A stretch of DNA of 64,000 nt from Octopus vulgaris (lineage: Eukaryota), in contig OX597830.1 of the NCBI GenBank assembly GCA_951406725.2, forward strand, positions 38,874,001 through 38,938,000, given 5' to 3'. The notes below the pieces were generated by a model. That model searched no databases. It had not been told where the DNA came from and worked only from the letters and a program-made list of their open reading frames with translations. Shown here one piece after another: positions 1 through 13,204 of this stretch (position 1 is the stretch's first letter; each line of letters opens with the position of its first letter). The position numbers and the translations under genes are program-made.

Positions 1-63
1 TTATCTCTACTTCCTTCCGACTGCCTATCTTTCTCTGTCTCTCTCGTCATATATTATAATGCA

Positions 64-129
<66 letters not shown>

Positions 130-191
130 TGTATGTGTGCACGTATATAAATATGTGCGTGTGTCTCTCTGTATGTACGTATGTATATATT

Positions 192-1441
192 TATTGGGTA
201 ATTCCATAAATAATGTGGTTTTTCCAATTCCATGAACTAAAATTCGAAGGTGGGGCGTGATGAACTACCTGTATAAACTTGCTAAAATAACAGGTAGTAA
301 TTTTACCTTGTCCTTATTCTTAGTGCAAGTTTTGAAGAGTGATGTTCAATTTCAGCAGTTAGCTTTTTCAAAGCTATAATGGAAGAGACAAAGGTACATA
401 TTCAGCATATTTTGCTTTATAGGTTCAATAAAGGCAACGAGGCAAGGGAAAATGCGAGGAACATTAAATGCAATATATGAGGGTCGGACAATAAACGTAA
501 GCCAGTGTCAACGGTGGTTCCGGAAAATCCGAGCAGGAAACTACAGTCTAGAAGACAAGCCGCGTGCGAGGCTGTAAACCCTGGTGGAACAAATTATCAT
601 TGTAACTGTTGAGGAACTAGCAGAGAAGCTTGGAATTGGTCATTCAACCATTCATAAACACCTGAGTTTCATAGGAAAAGTCAGAAAATTGGGTCGATCG
701 TTTTCTCACAATCTTACCGAATCTAATCGTGCGTAGTGAGTGAACGTGTGCTTTTCTTTGCTGTCACGTCTCCCACATGAAACGTTTTTGCATCGAATAG
801 TGACTGGTGACGAAAAATGGGTTCTCTATAAAAACGTCAAGCGCCGAATGCGTTGGGTAAGGAAAGGAGAAACACCGGCACCTCAGACTAAAGAAGGTTT
901 TCACCCACCTAAGTTGTTGTTAACTGTTTGGCGGCATATGAAAGGCTTAATCCACTTTGGGGTTTTAAACCCAGACCAAACGATAATGAAATAGATCTTC
1001 TGCAAGCAGCTTGAGCCGCTTACGTCAGCGCTGGAAGAAAAACGACCATATTTGGTTTCAAGGCGAAAGTTGTTCTTCCATCAGAATAATGCTCAATGAC
1101 ATACAGCGAGAATGACATTCCAACGGTTGGAGCAGTTTGAATGGGAAACGATGCCCCACCCACCATAGTCACCGTACATTCCCTATTTGATTATTATTCA
1201 TTCGGGAGTCTTCAGAATCATTTGGACGGAAAAAATATGAATTGGGTAGACGATGTCAACACAAGTACTTTTCGTCGGAGATAAGTGAATTTTGGAAGAA
1301 GGGCCTTGCAAATCTACCAGATAGATGGAAGGGTATTGTAGAAAAGGAAGAAGTGTATACTTTAGATTAAAAAAGAACTTTATCTTACTTTTCAAAAATA
1401 AAGAAGTTTAAAACCTGCAGTATTTATGGGATGACCCAGTA
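192..1441 (+). mobile_element. Full-length decayed mariner DNA transposon (~1.25 kb)
   Basis: Imperfect ~30-bp TIRs (ta-ttgggtaattccataaataatgtggtttt at 192; aaaacctgcagtatttatgggatgacccag-ta ending 1441), TA at both ends, transposase remnants inside. Confidence 0.95.
379..1370 (+). pseudogene. Mariner transposase pseudogene (stops and frameshifts)
   Basis: Starts MEETKVHIQHILLY; contains IVTGDEKWVLY, HQNNA (HDNA-like), PHPP*SP (YSPDL-like) and C-terminal GLANLPDRWKGIVEKEEVY. Confidence 0.93.
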
Positions 1442-1520
1442 TGTGTGTGTAGTGACAAGCACATATGCACATAAAATTCCCCAATATGCAGACTTTAATA
1501 GTAGGTTAGATAGGACTGTG

Positions 1521-2220
1521 TAAGGGGTCTGGTCAGGTATCTGGCGTAGATGACGTTACTTCTCTAAAAATATAACGCGTTTTAATTGACATATGTGATA
1601 TCAGCTTAACCAAATATTTCAAAATCGTAACAATGACATCGAAAATTATCATTTTTCGAACTCGATTAGAAAAACAGATATTTGAAAGTAATTTGCTTAT
1701 TGCATGTTCCACAAAAGTTTGTTACACATAATTACTCCCAGCATTATATTTTATGAAAAAAATGTTTTAGAATTTCAGATACGGTTCAATAACTTCTAAG
1801 CCAGATACCTGACCATTTCAGATACGTTGAAATATTCAACTACCAGTGTGGGGGAAACATTTCCTTCTCTTAGTGAAAAGTACCTGGAGCTAGAATTATT
1901 TGATAAAGATTAAATTATTGATGAAAAGAGAGTATTCATTGTGCTTATTTCCACCTGTGAAGAAAAGGTATGAATGGTATTTACGAAGTTTTACACATTT
2001 AAATTAACGACAAATGGGAAATCATTATGAGTTAAATGCGTTGTAATTTTCCTTCTAGAATCTAATGTGTGCCCTGGACAATGAAGTGCGATTCTATTAT
2101 GTCACAAAGAGAGGTTTACAATTATGATGGAAAGCTGTTGTTGGCACTTAATTCAAATAAGACCTAAGCACCACTAAGATGTTGGTCGAACGGGTAGATA
2201 TGGCAGCACCATACCCCTTA
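1521..2220. mobile_element. Possible non-autonomous TIR DNA transposon, unclassified
   Basis: Ends taaggggtctggt / accatacccctta are inverted copies; internal perfect inverted copy of tggtcaggtatctgg at 1801-1815. Confidence 0.4.
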
Positions 2221-4927
2221 ATACATGCCCTACTATGTAACACATTTTAATTTGCATAATGTATTCCTATATGTAGAATACCCTTAAAAGAACAGAAAAA
2301 GCGGTTTGTATAAATATGACCATAGTTCTACCCATTCAGGTTTGAACTGGAACTAAATGAACAACAACTATATATTTGATTTTTTAGCGTTCTTATTTGA
2401 TTATTCTATAATACATATTTATCACACTCATCTTCCTCTAATGGTCATTTCCTTACACTTTACCGCATGACATGTTTCCTCTGGCAAGCAAGACACATCA
2501 GCTCAAAACCGCTTCAATATTCTGCTCAAAACTCCAATAAATTCTGCCAAACATTCCAACTATTTCTCAATATTCAGATAAATGTTGAGAACAATCAACA
2601 ATATTATATGGTTGATAACTTTACTCTTTTATTGATTTTGGCGAGACAGAAACTTATTTTGTTATTGTCAATATTTTCATAGCAATAATTTATTATCATT
2701 ATTATCGGATTTTGCAATGAAAAGACGTGTATATATATTTCTTTTGTTTGGATTTATTCTTCTTGTTTTCTATTCTAACCTGAGTTAACTTTTGTTGAAC
2801 TTTTTATGCATTAGCATATGCAACAAGAGTGTAAAACAAAACTTTTGAAATGTCTCCCCTAGGAATAGAAATATAGTTTGGTTTTTTATTTGATTCTGTT
2901 TCATGAAAAATCTTAACAATTTGGCAACTAAGACGGTAATGAGAAGTGACTCCGATAACAGAAGAACAGAATAATTTTAATCTTCTAAACGATGCAATGA
3001 AATAACAAACTCATAATAAATGCAACGCTGCAAGCAGAATCTATATTGTAATATAATCGGTGTTTCTCTGTCTCTCCGTCCATTCAACGCTAGATAATTT
3101 TTTGAGTATTGTTCCATTCTTTCGGTCAGGAGAGTAGGCAATGACCACATCACCATCACACAATTTCTTCGGTTGTAGATGGTATAGTTAGACAAAAGAA
3201 TCGATTATGTCTATTAGCCACGTAAGCCGTAACTGTAATTACACTCAGAAAGTAAAGGGACAGAACAAATACCTCAAGAAGGTGTATGATCTCTTTCAGT
3301 TCCATTTATCCAGCATCTTGGCTTGGTACTCTATTCTGCCTCTAAAAGGATAAAAGCACACTTTTAACTCACAGGATAGAACTCGGAGTATAGCGAGTCT
3401 GCCTTATACTCTAATTTATATACTACTTCGCCACCTGGTGAAAAGTTAATTTATTCAATTTATCCATTAAATTCATGTATGGTATATTTATTTTATTTGT
3501 AAAATATGGAATCCTAGATGTCAAAATATATTTCATAATTAGATATTTTTTTAATAAATGTCACTATATTCTGAACATTTATACATATAAATATCTATAT
3601 ATTTATAACGGTAAGGAAATAAAATAACATAGAAGTATTTTTTTGTAATTTCCAATATAACATATATCAAATTTTAGAATAATCTAATAACTAAGTAATC
3701 GAGATTCAGCTTAACGTTTGTAGAAAAAATATTATTAATAAAAAATTATGAAAGAATATGTAAATAAAAAAACGTAGTAATGTTACTTATGATGAGAACA
3801 CGTAAGCCACAGGGGTTTTTCTTAGATTGCATTATTGTTCTGTTCCTCAGCACAGTTTGTTCAAGCACATATAATTCAACGAATGGCCAAATATAACTGA
3901 ACTACGCAAAATTTCTCGCAAAGTAGCAACGATAAGGCAGTGAGCAAATCAACAGAATAAATGAAATGGAATGTTCTATTTACAAAACCAAATACTTGAC
4001 GCTAAAATGAATCTTACCCAACAAAAACGAACAGTGCAATGTTAAAGAAGCCTGCAAAAGCAACGAGAGAACTCGGGCAAACATTGGCTATAATTTTTGC
4101 CGCTCATTTGGAAATTTCTGTAACAACATGAATACGAATATCCCCTTCAGATTCAAAACAACAGGGAAATGTTATGTAGAGTAAGTGGAGTGATAACTCA
4201 AAGACATTTTGTATAAGAAAAATTAGATGTTCATTGGTTGATCGAAGCTTGGAAGTAGTATATCCTTTTTTTTACTAAATAGGTTTGTTCGAAAAGAAAA
4301 CAAACACGTGATCATCATACATGAAATGATCTGACACAGAAGTAAATGAAGCGGAAAAATCGTGGACACAATGTTTCAGTGCCATTTCTTTTTATTTACT
4401 TTCATGTTTATTCATCTATTTGAAGCTTAAATGTTTCAACTTTTATTAAAATATGACTTATTTCTACATATTACAAATGGAAGTTTTACTGATAATGTTT
4501 AAACACAAAGAAACAAAACAAAAAGCATGCTTAAAAAAAGGAAAAGAAAGCAAAAGATGATGAAGTAGTAGAAAATGAATGAAGTGAAGTCGATGGGTCA
4601 CATATCCTGGAAAAAAATGGCGTGTCCATCCGCGCCCCTTGGATTTGGCCGCCATGCAGCAGCTACTCCACCTCCCGGAGCTGATTTCTCAGGCGGCTGC
4701 CGTATCACTTATACATAATGTTTTTATTCATTAGTTAGAAGAAGAAGACCTCAAAAACTTTCATGTAGGATCTCCAAGATTGGAGGGTTCAACAGAAGAA
4801 TTATGGGATACATTGCTTGTATTATGCATGATATTGTTGTAAACATATTAACGATCCTTACATATTTGCTTGGTTTATAATTTTATTTTTGTATACGCTC
4901 GGGCGAATTATATATATATATATATAT

Positions 4928-5083
4928 GCGTGGCTGTGTGGTAAGTAGCTTGCTAACCAACCACATGGTTCCGGGTTCAGTCCCACTGCGTGGCATCTTG
5001 GGCAAGTGTCTTCTGCTATAGCCCCGGGCCGACCAATGCCTTGTGATTGGATTTGGTAGACGGAAACTGAAAGAAGCCTGTCG

Positions 5084-5114
<31 letters not shown>

Positions 5115-5328
5115 TTGTGTGTCTGTGTTTGTCCCCCTAGCATTGCTTGACAACCGATGCTGGTGTGTTTACGTCCCCGTCACTTAGCGGTTCGGCAAAA
5201 GAGACCGATATAATAAATACTGGGCTTACAAAGAATAAGTCCCGGGGTCGATTTGCTCGACTAAAGGCGGTGCTCCAGCATGGCCGCAGTCAAATGACTG
5301 AAACAAGTAAAAAGAGTAAAAAGAGTAA
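4928..5328 (+). mobile_element. tRNA-derived SINE family A (CORE-like cttgggcaagt, internal TA/TG microsatellite), full length
   Basis: A-box-like tggctgtgtggt and B-box-like ggttcagtccc, (aaaagagt)n tail, many homologous copies in the window. Confidence 0.9.
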
Positions 5329-5705
5329 TATAGTTTGCTTTCCTTCACTATCCTAGTTTTATAATTCATGCATAATGTTTCTATGACACCATCATCCAAT
5401 GATTTTTGCGTTGCTTTTAAATACACAGTTCGAAGGGTTTCGACTTTTATTCAGAATTTATATCTAGAATATCGAGCGACTATTCAGCAGCTCAATCATT
5501 TAACGGTGATTAATGATTGTTTTGCGAACGTGATTCATAAAATAATGGTGTAATGTTTCTTTTTGGTGTTAGCTGGGATGGTACTAATGTAAAATACAAT
5601 GTCACTAGATCGTGCATTTCCAAGATATTGTTTAGTAGTTTCTTAATAAATGGAGATTATACCGGTTAGCTGATGTGCATAATAGTAACGGTAGCTAGTA
5701 GTAGT

Positions 5706-5942
5706 GGCGAGCTGGCAGAAACGTTAGCACGCCGGGCGAAATGCTTAGCGGTATTTCGTCTGCCGTTACGTTGTGAGTTCAAATTCCGCCGAGGTCGACT
5801 TTGCCTTTCATCCTTTCGGGGTCGATAAATTAAGTACCAGTTACCAGTTAAGCACTGGGGTCGATGTAATCGACTTAATACCTATGTCTGTCCTTGTTTG
5901 TCCTCTCTGTGTTTAGCCCCTTGTGGGTAATTAAGAAATAGG
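5706..5942 (+). mobile_element. tRNA-derived SINE family B with target-site duplication
   Basis: Head ggcgagctggcagaaacgttagc...gagttcaaattcc; flanked by direct repeat ggtagctagtagtagtgg (5690-5707 and 5941-5958). Confidence 0.9.
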
Positions 5943-6950
5943 TAGCTAGTAGTAGTGGTAGAGTTAGTGATTATGCAAATGCACTTGTAGAAATATATAT
6001 GACGAAATAAAATTTAGATAAGATATGGTTGGGATTGAGATATATGGAGATAACGATATTCGAGATGTTTATAACTGGGGTCTAAAGTACGTAGAAATTT
6101 GCGAAATGATAGATGTCGACAAGTACTTTAAAAAGCAGTAAAAATATAATACCTATCGTGCCGTGGAGACGATTATTTTTAAACAGATTATTATTTGAAA
6201 CGCTATCAAAAATACACTTCTGTAAATTGAATTATCAATAAAAGTCTCGTGGCTGTTTTAGACATTTTACTTCGTATAAAGATGCAATTTTGTCTAGCCG
6301 ATTTTTAAACTTCTATCCATTCACATAATCAGGAAATATGCAAATAAGCTACAGAACGCAGTTCTGAATTTTAAGTTGCTAAGACGCTTAGTGCTTTGGG
6401 GTTGAATATATTTACTCCATTATAAACATTTTATATAAACTGCTTGAATAAAATTGCGTTAACTACGTAAACGAAAGAGATGGAGAATAAAAACAAAAGT
6501 AAATAGGGAATAAAAACAAATTAATGGAACGAAACCAATTAATGACCTAACTTCGTGTACAAGGAAAGCCATTGCAATCACTTTGAAAAGAAGCAAATAT
6601 GATATTAGATATGTTTAGGTCTGTTCAACCATATCAAATATATTCACTTCAGGTCTCAAGGGATAGCTCCAAGATTGAGAGAAAATTCTGTAAGTTAAAT
6701 GTAAGGTATTTATACAGTATCTAAGGAATATCTGACAGATTAATCAAAATATTTTACATCATCAGCATATTCAACATATTGTCATGGAATAGTTAAGGGA
6801 CATGGATTCAATCATTATGCTAACAAGAGGAATAATGATGGCTTCTTACAATGGAAACAGTCACCAATATCCTGAAGGGTAGAACTTTATTTAATGTATG
6901 TATACGCGTATGTGTGTGCATGCATGGGTGTGTGTCTACATGTGCGCGTG

Positions 6951-7065
<115 letters not shown>

Positions 7066-7068
7066 ATA

Positions 7069-7431
7069 TTCATTATTCAGTTTTATTTCAAGATTTCTTC
7101 CCAAAATGAAAGAGCCCGTTTCTATCTTGGATCCAACGCTCCGTCATTGAAATTTCAACATCAACAAGCGGGTATATATTTTTGTATGTATGTATATGTG
7201 CAGATTTGCATGTTTTGCGTTATGTATATATTCTCATGCAATGAGTTACATACCTAGACATGCTCATATATATTTAAATGACAAACTTCTGTAAAGTTTT
7301 ACAGACTTTTCTAGTTCCAGTGGTGGATTGGCACTATAGTCTCCGAATTAGCTTTCTCCTTTCTGGTTTTGAGTGGCCTAATTTCTCAAGAATGGTATTT
7401 AAGCAGCATGTTACAGTTCCCAGGGCCCAAT
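7069..7431 (-). mobile_element. 3' end of an RLE-type non-LTR retrotransposon (R4/NeSL/HERO-like), 5'-truncated
   Basis: Minus strand reads ALGTVTCCLNTILEKLGHSKPERRKLIRRL..., the C-terminus after the GALG motif; 3' terminus aaataaaactgaataat resembles that of the element at 27961. Confidence 0.7.
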
Positions 7432-8084
7432 GTATGTATATACGTAAATGTATACTTCAGTATGTATACATGCATTTGCGTATCTACATTTTCTTCACTT
7501 TTCAGGTAAGTATGAGTGTGCCTATTTGTCCTCAATTACTGTATCTATTTCAACTGGATATATTTCTCAATGCAGGATATTAAACTCTCTTTATTTTCAT
7601 CGAAGTCGTAATATTACTTAGATTTCAATATCATATACTAAAATCATATTAGTTGGAGAAGAATAGCTTCAATTATTCACGTTACATATTTTAACATTTT
7701 ATTGAATAATATAAACGTCACTATATGCTTCTGGTAAATAACCTTCATATTCCTGTATGCATGTGCCTCTGTGTATTGCATAAAATTGGATAGATTTTCC
7801 ACAATAACTACATGCATTCAGAATACAATTCACCAATCAGGGTGAAGTAATACTCTAACTTGAAAATGTTTCAAGTTGTAAGCATAAGAGGCAAGCTGCT
7901 AAACATGTACTGTGAGGAAATGCATATCATAGAGAAATCTTCAACGTTTTGAAGATGTGAATATAAAAGACAGACCAACAAATTCACTCTCCCTTCATTA
8001 CATTTACAATTCTTTGTCTGACCTTCATCATCACCTATCTCTTTTTTACTCCTCCCCCCTCTCCCTCTCTCTCTATATGTATAT

Positions 8085-8587
8085 GTTGTTGTTATGACCC
8101 CCTTCGGTCGTGAATGATATTGCACCTAGAAAGTTACCCTCCGAGGCACATGTGCGGGCAATGTTGTTTATGGAAGACCAGTAGTTGCCCATGCATATCA
8201 GCCTCCCCTCTCCACGCCACCGATGTTATCGAAGAGAAATGCAAAGGCCGATACAGCTTGGTACCAGTGACGTCGCAGCTCATTTATTAACGTGCAAGTG
8301 GCCGAGCATTTCACAGACAGGTGTACCCTTAACGTAGTTCTCGGGGAGATTCAGCGTGACACAGAGTGTGACAAGGCTGACCCTTTGAAATACAGCTACA
8401 ACAGAAACAGGGAGAAAGAGTGAGAGAAAGTTGTGGTGAAAGAGTACAGCAGGGTTCACCCCCCCCCTCTGCCGCAAGCTCGTGTAGCTTTAGGAGTTTA
8501 TGCTTAAGAAACACTCACAATGCCCGGCCTGGGAATCGATACCGCGACCCTACGACCGCGTGTCTACGACTGCGACTACCTGACCAC
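8085..8587 (-). mobile_element. Mosaic tRNA-derived SINE (family E head + family C middle + family D tail)
   Basis: ~8400-8570 matches the 5' part of 39623-39924; ~8288-8400 matches the middle of 51379-51695; 8095-8285 matches the 3' part of 45283-45604; (aac)n tail. Confidence 0.85.
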
Positions 8588-8588
8588 A

Positions 8589-8621
<33 letters not shown>

Positions 8622-8637
8622 GTCTGTGTGTGTGTGT

Positions 8638-8685
<48 letters not shown>

Positions 8686-8800
8686 GTGTGTGTGTATACG
8701 TGCGTGTGTGTGTATACGTGCGTGTGTGTGTGCATGTAACTGCACGTCATTGTTGGCGATTTTTTTGCCTCCTTTGTTTTAAACTTTCCTGTTTTTCCTG

Positions 8801-8833
8801 TATCAGAAGAAGAGTTATGCTCGAAATGTAAAA
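8801..8833 (+). ncRNA. Degenerate minimal hammerhead-like motif in a short module (8740-8935)
   Basis: cagaaga-a-gag-ttatg-ctc-GAAA-tg-TA; homologous to the better-preserved copy at 52300-52337. Confidence 0.45.
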
Positions 8834-9004
8834 CTACTACTATTTCCTTCTCTGAGCCTCTTTTTAATGCATTGCTTGTGCTACGTTCACACGTTCTTTG
8901 TTACGTTTTTTTCTTTTTGTCTGTGGGTATTTTAATCGAGTATATACATAGATATCTACATAGATATATGAATATACATACATATATACATATATATATA
9001 TACC

Positions 9005-9046
<42 letters not shown>

Positions 9047-9206
9047 CATATATATGTATCTATATATATACATATATATGTATCTATATATATGTACATA
9101 TACCGGAGTAAACATATAAATGTGAAACAAGGTTGAAAAAAGGGTACTCAAATACCAGTGGTAGAGTAATATGCTTTATTTAAAGCAGCAGAAAATTCAA
9201 CAAAAC

Positions 9207-9244
9207 CTGTTACTCTGAGATTCCCGTTGCCGTTCATCGGACAG
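9207..9244 (-). ncRNA. Degenerate type-I hammerhead-like motif in a TA-flanked module (9103-9257)
   Basis: Minus strand: ctgt-CCGATGA-acg gcaa cgg-GAAT-ctc a gag-TA-acag; stem I ctgt/acag, near-palindromic stem III, three point deviations from consensus. Confidence 0.6.
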
Positions 9245-9673
9245 TTTTTGCTAGAATATATATATATATATCCGTTCATTCCCTTGCATCCAGAGACACA
9301 TTGCCAACTTATGCTAACATTCGCTGCAAACTATATCTAGGGAATGTTATGCCGTTACCTTACTATCGTAATATCAGACGACAAAATCTTTTATCTGTAA
9401 TTTGTTTTATTCTTTATTATGTTGATAACTTCGTAGAATATTTTCAACTTCATAACTTACATGACTGAACAGCATGTATTTTCCTTCCTTACATTTGCGA
9501 ACATTGGACGGCTACTATGTAATTATCATAATTTATTGTATGGATATCGAAGATTTTGGATTTGCATCTTATGATTACATTTATACTTTCAAAGTCTAGT
9601 GAGGTGTACGGTGTTCTACAAAATAAATGGTAATATATCACGTTTATAGGCATGTTGCTCACAAGCAATACGT

Positions 9674-9773
<100 letters not shown>

Positions 9774-11083
9774 ACGTGTGTGTGTGTGTGTGTTTGTGTG
9801 TCTATGTGCGTTTCTATATGTTCATATATTATGCATGCACACACCATGTAAACACACATGCATGCACACGTACACCCACATGCTAACACACACACACACG
9901 CACACATATATATATGCATATATATATATAAATACATATATATGTATATATATATATATCATATATACGTATATACATGCGTACGTACGTACATACATAC
10001 ATACATACATACATACATACATACATACATACACATGTACCTTCATGTATGTAATTGTATGTCAGCAACCACACTTTCTCTTTGCAAATAATTTTGTTCA
10101 AGCAAAATGCCTGAAAACATATAAAGCGTCACTCTTCTGGCATTCTATTTCCTCGACAATGGAAAGCAAATTTAACCAAAGACGTAATGTCTAAAAGTCC
10201 TCAAAATTGAATCTTAGAACATAATACATACCTGCAAGGTGGCAAATATGCACAAATGTGAGCTCATTGTTAGAAATAGAAAGAATATTGGTCTGCAGCG
10301 AACGCTACTATGTTTCTGCAGAACGACGTGAAGTTAACAACGAAATTAATTTCGTCTTATAAGAGAAGTGAAGCAATCATTAACCCTTAAACAATGAACA
10401 TAATCAACTGATGTTTCGTTGGAGAATAGCGAACATCAACTATTCATGCTTCAAAAATTTACATAGATATGGTCAGCATCAAAATAAAAAAATATTTTAC
10501 GGCACTTTTAGATAATGAGATTTGAAATTTTATCGTGTGAGAGACAAACAACTATAATGGTCGGAATAATTTTAAAATTATCCTGAAGGACAAAATATTT
10601 TGTTTAGTATATTTTTCGCAATTCCCTCACTAATTCATGCAACCGTTTTCCATTCCCCAAGGGTTAGGAACGTATATTTTCATCAAATCATATATTCAAT
10701 TAATTTTTTTATTCAATATTAAAACTTTTGGACGTTTTTACAGGATAATGTGGGTAACAGGAGCTGTTGCACTTTAGTATACAGTTCCTCAATATCTATT
10801 TATCGGAACGCACACATCTTAATTTTCTGACTTAAATGTTTGCACCGATCAACGAAGACGAGCACTAGTGCTCGCATACGCACATCCACATCAATATATG
10901 ACCATGCACGTTAATATATAAAGATTTTCTGCCTTTCAGAATCTCTTGAGAGGGTACTGGCTTTACTGAATCTACCGTACAAAGCAATTGCTATATGCAT
11001 AATCCTTCGATACTGAACCTCAAATAAAAGCCTTCAGTTGCAATGAGGCCTTCTTAGTCACATCTACATATACATATATGCAA

Positions 11084-11136
<53 letters not shown>

Positions 11137-11462
11137 GGTAATAAAAAGTTTCGAAATTTTTAATTAACTGTGGCCTAGAGTGTAGGAAAATTAGTCATTA
11201 GACTATATATTATTCATATAAATACAGTGTACATTTAAACACATAGAAGGCATCCGAAATAGGATTTCTTGCACGCTCGATAGAAGAGCTAAAGTCTAAG
11301 CCACTATTAGGGATAAAAACTCGAAAGGAATGAAAAATAAAAGCAATTACCATCTATTTCCTGGACCATGATCTCTGACTTTTTTTAGCAAATAAAATAA
11401 CTTGCTAGGCGTAAAATAACATCTAGCGAAAAAGGAATTTTATGAGTGGTACCTCATATGTA

Positions 11463-11542
<80 letters not shown>

Positions 11543-11591
11543 ATGTTTATATATATATATGTATGTATATATCTATATATCTATCTATCTA

Positions 11592-11682
<91 letters not shown>

Positions 11683-12239
11683 AAGGTGATCTTTATGCAA
11701 TTCATAAGTAAGCCAACGACGTAGCATTGATATTAATATTTTGGGAGAGCTATCACTTATCAAATGTAACAGAAGTAATCAAACTTAGTGTTCGGAAAAG
11801 GAATATTACTAATTGTGTTGTGAAAAGAAGAATTGATGGACTTCCTGCATCTTGAGTTGTGGATGTTAAAGATATTATCATTTATCAGCAGATCATGGGA
11901 TTTTTATATGTAGTAGTTGTAGACCCCTTGATAGTAAACATTTTAATCGACATACGAAAGAGTAGTGGGAATGATGATTGGACACTTGCTGGGTTATACG
12001 ATAGTTAGTATGGTGTGTCATACACAGAAGTATTTGGTGTCCTATTATGGAAATTTCGTGTTGGTGTGTGAAGAATTGGTAGGAAAATCAATGAACAATA
12101 GCCAGTATCAAATGAGATTCTAGTATTCTGATATTTCTTTAAGGTGAAATTATCAAATTATTAGTTCATTTCATTTATCGGGTCACGAATCATTTTACCG
12201 GAAAGTATTATATTTCAAAATATAAGATTATGGTTCTTC

Positions 12240-12310
<71 letters not shown>

Positions 12311-12356
12311 AAAGTATATTTATCAATTAATTATTTTATTATTCTACTTTATTTTC

Positions 12357-12434
12357 AACCTGATGAGTGGCTATCGAAGTGATTTTACTACTACTATAAT
12401 CATTTCTTAAATATAGCCACGAACACGTGTCGTT
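12357..12434 (+). ncRNA. Type-I hammerhead-like motif with long stem II
   Basis: aac-CTGATGA-gtggctat...atagccac-GAA-cacgtg-TC-gtt: intact first core, perfect 8-bp stem II, palindromic stem III, one A missing from GAAA. Confidence 0.7.
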
Positions 12435-13063
12435 ATTCTACCAATTATATACGTTTTTATTATTTTTTTTTTTTTGCAATTTACTTAATCATTGATATTT
12501 TATTGTTATTTTAATTTTAATATTTCTATTATATGTAATTTTCTAGATGGTGTAATTTAATTGTTCATTTTGAATTGATAAAAGGTGTTTTTCCTAATTT
12601 TATATATATATATATATATATGTATATCCGTTGATTCTGCGAAAATTTAATCCATTAATTATTTGAAAATTTAACGGAAGTTAACTTTAATCCGTTTACA
12701 GTAACTTTCGAAAAAATGTATAACTACTGTTTAAAAATTTAGTTGCCTCATAACTTCCGCAAAAAGGAAACTTTTTAACGAAACTTCTACCAAATAATAG
12801 GTTATATCATGTAGATTGAGGGTATGTAATGATTGGTTGGAAATATTTTCCAAGGTATTGGGAGTTTAGGAAAATCGACAGGACCCGACATTTTCCCCCT
12901 CATAAAATTCTGAAAAACAGGTATTTTTTAATGTAATTTTATACAAAAGCCTTTCAAACGGCGTGGATTACGATTACGAAGAAAACACTTGCCATGCAGT
13001 GGAATTGAACCCTGAACCATGTGATTTTTTAAGCAAGCTACTTACCACACTCCCACTTCTGCT

Positions 13064-13115
<52 letters not shown>

Positions 13116-13163
13116 TGTGTGTATATATATATATATATGTATATATGCGTATATATATATATG

Positions 13164-13204
<41 letters not shown>

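Noticed and set aside
7278-7583. 101-aa plus-strand ORF and a hydrophobic alternative frame
   Set aside because: Mostly the antisense of an RLE LINE 3' end.
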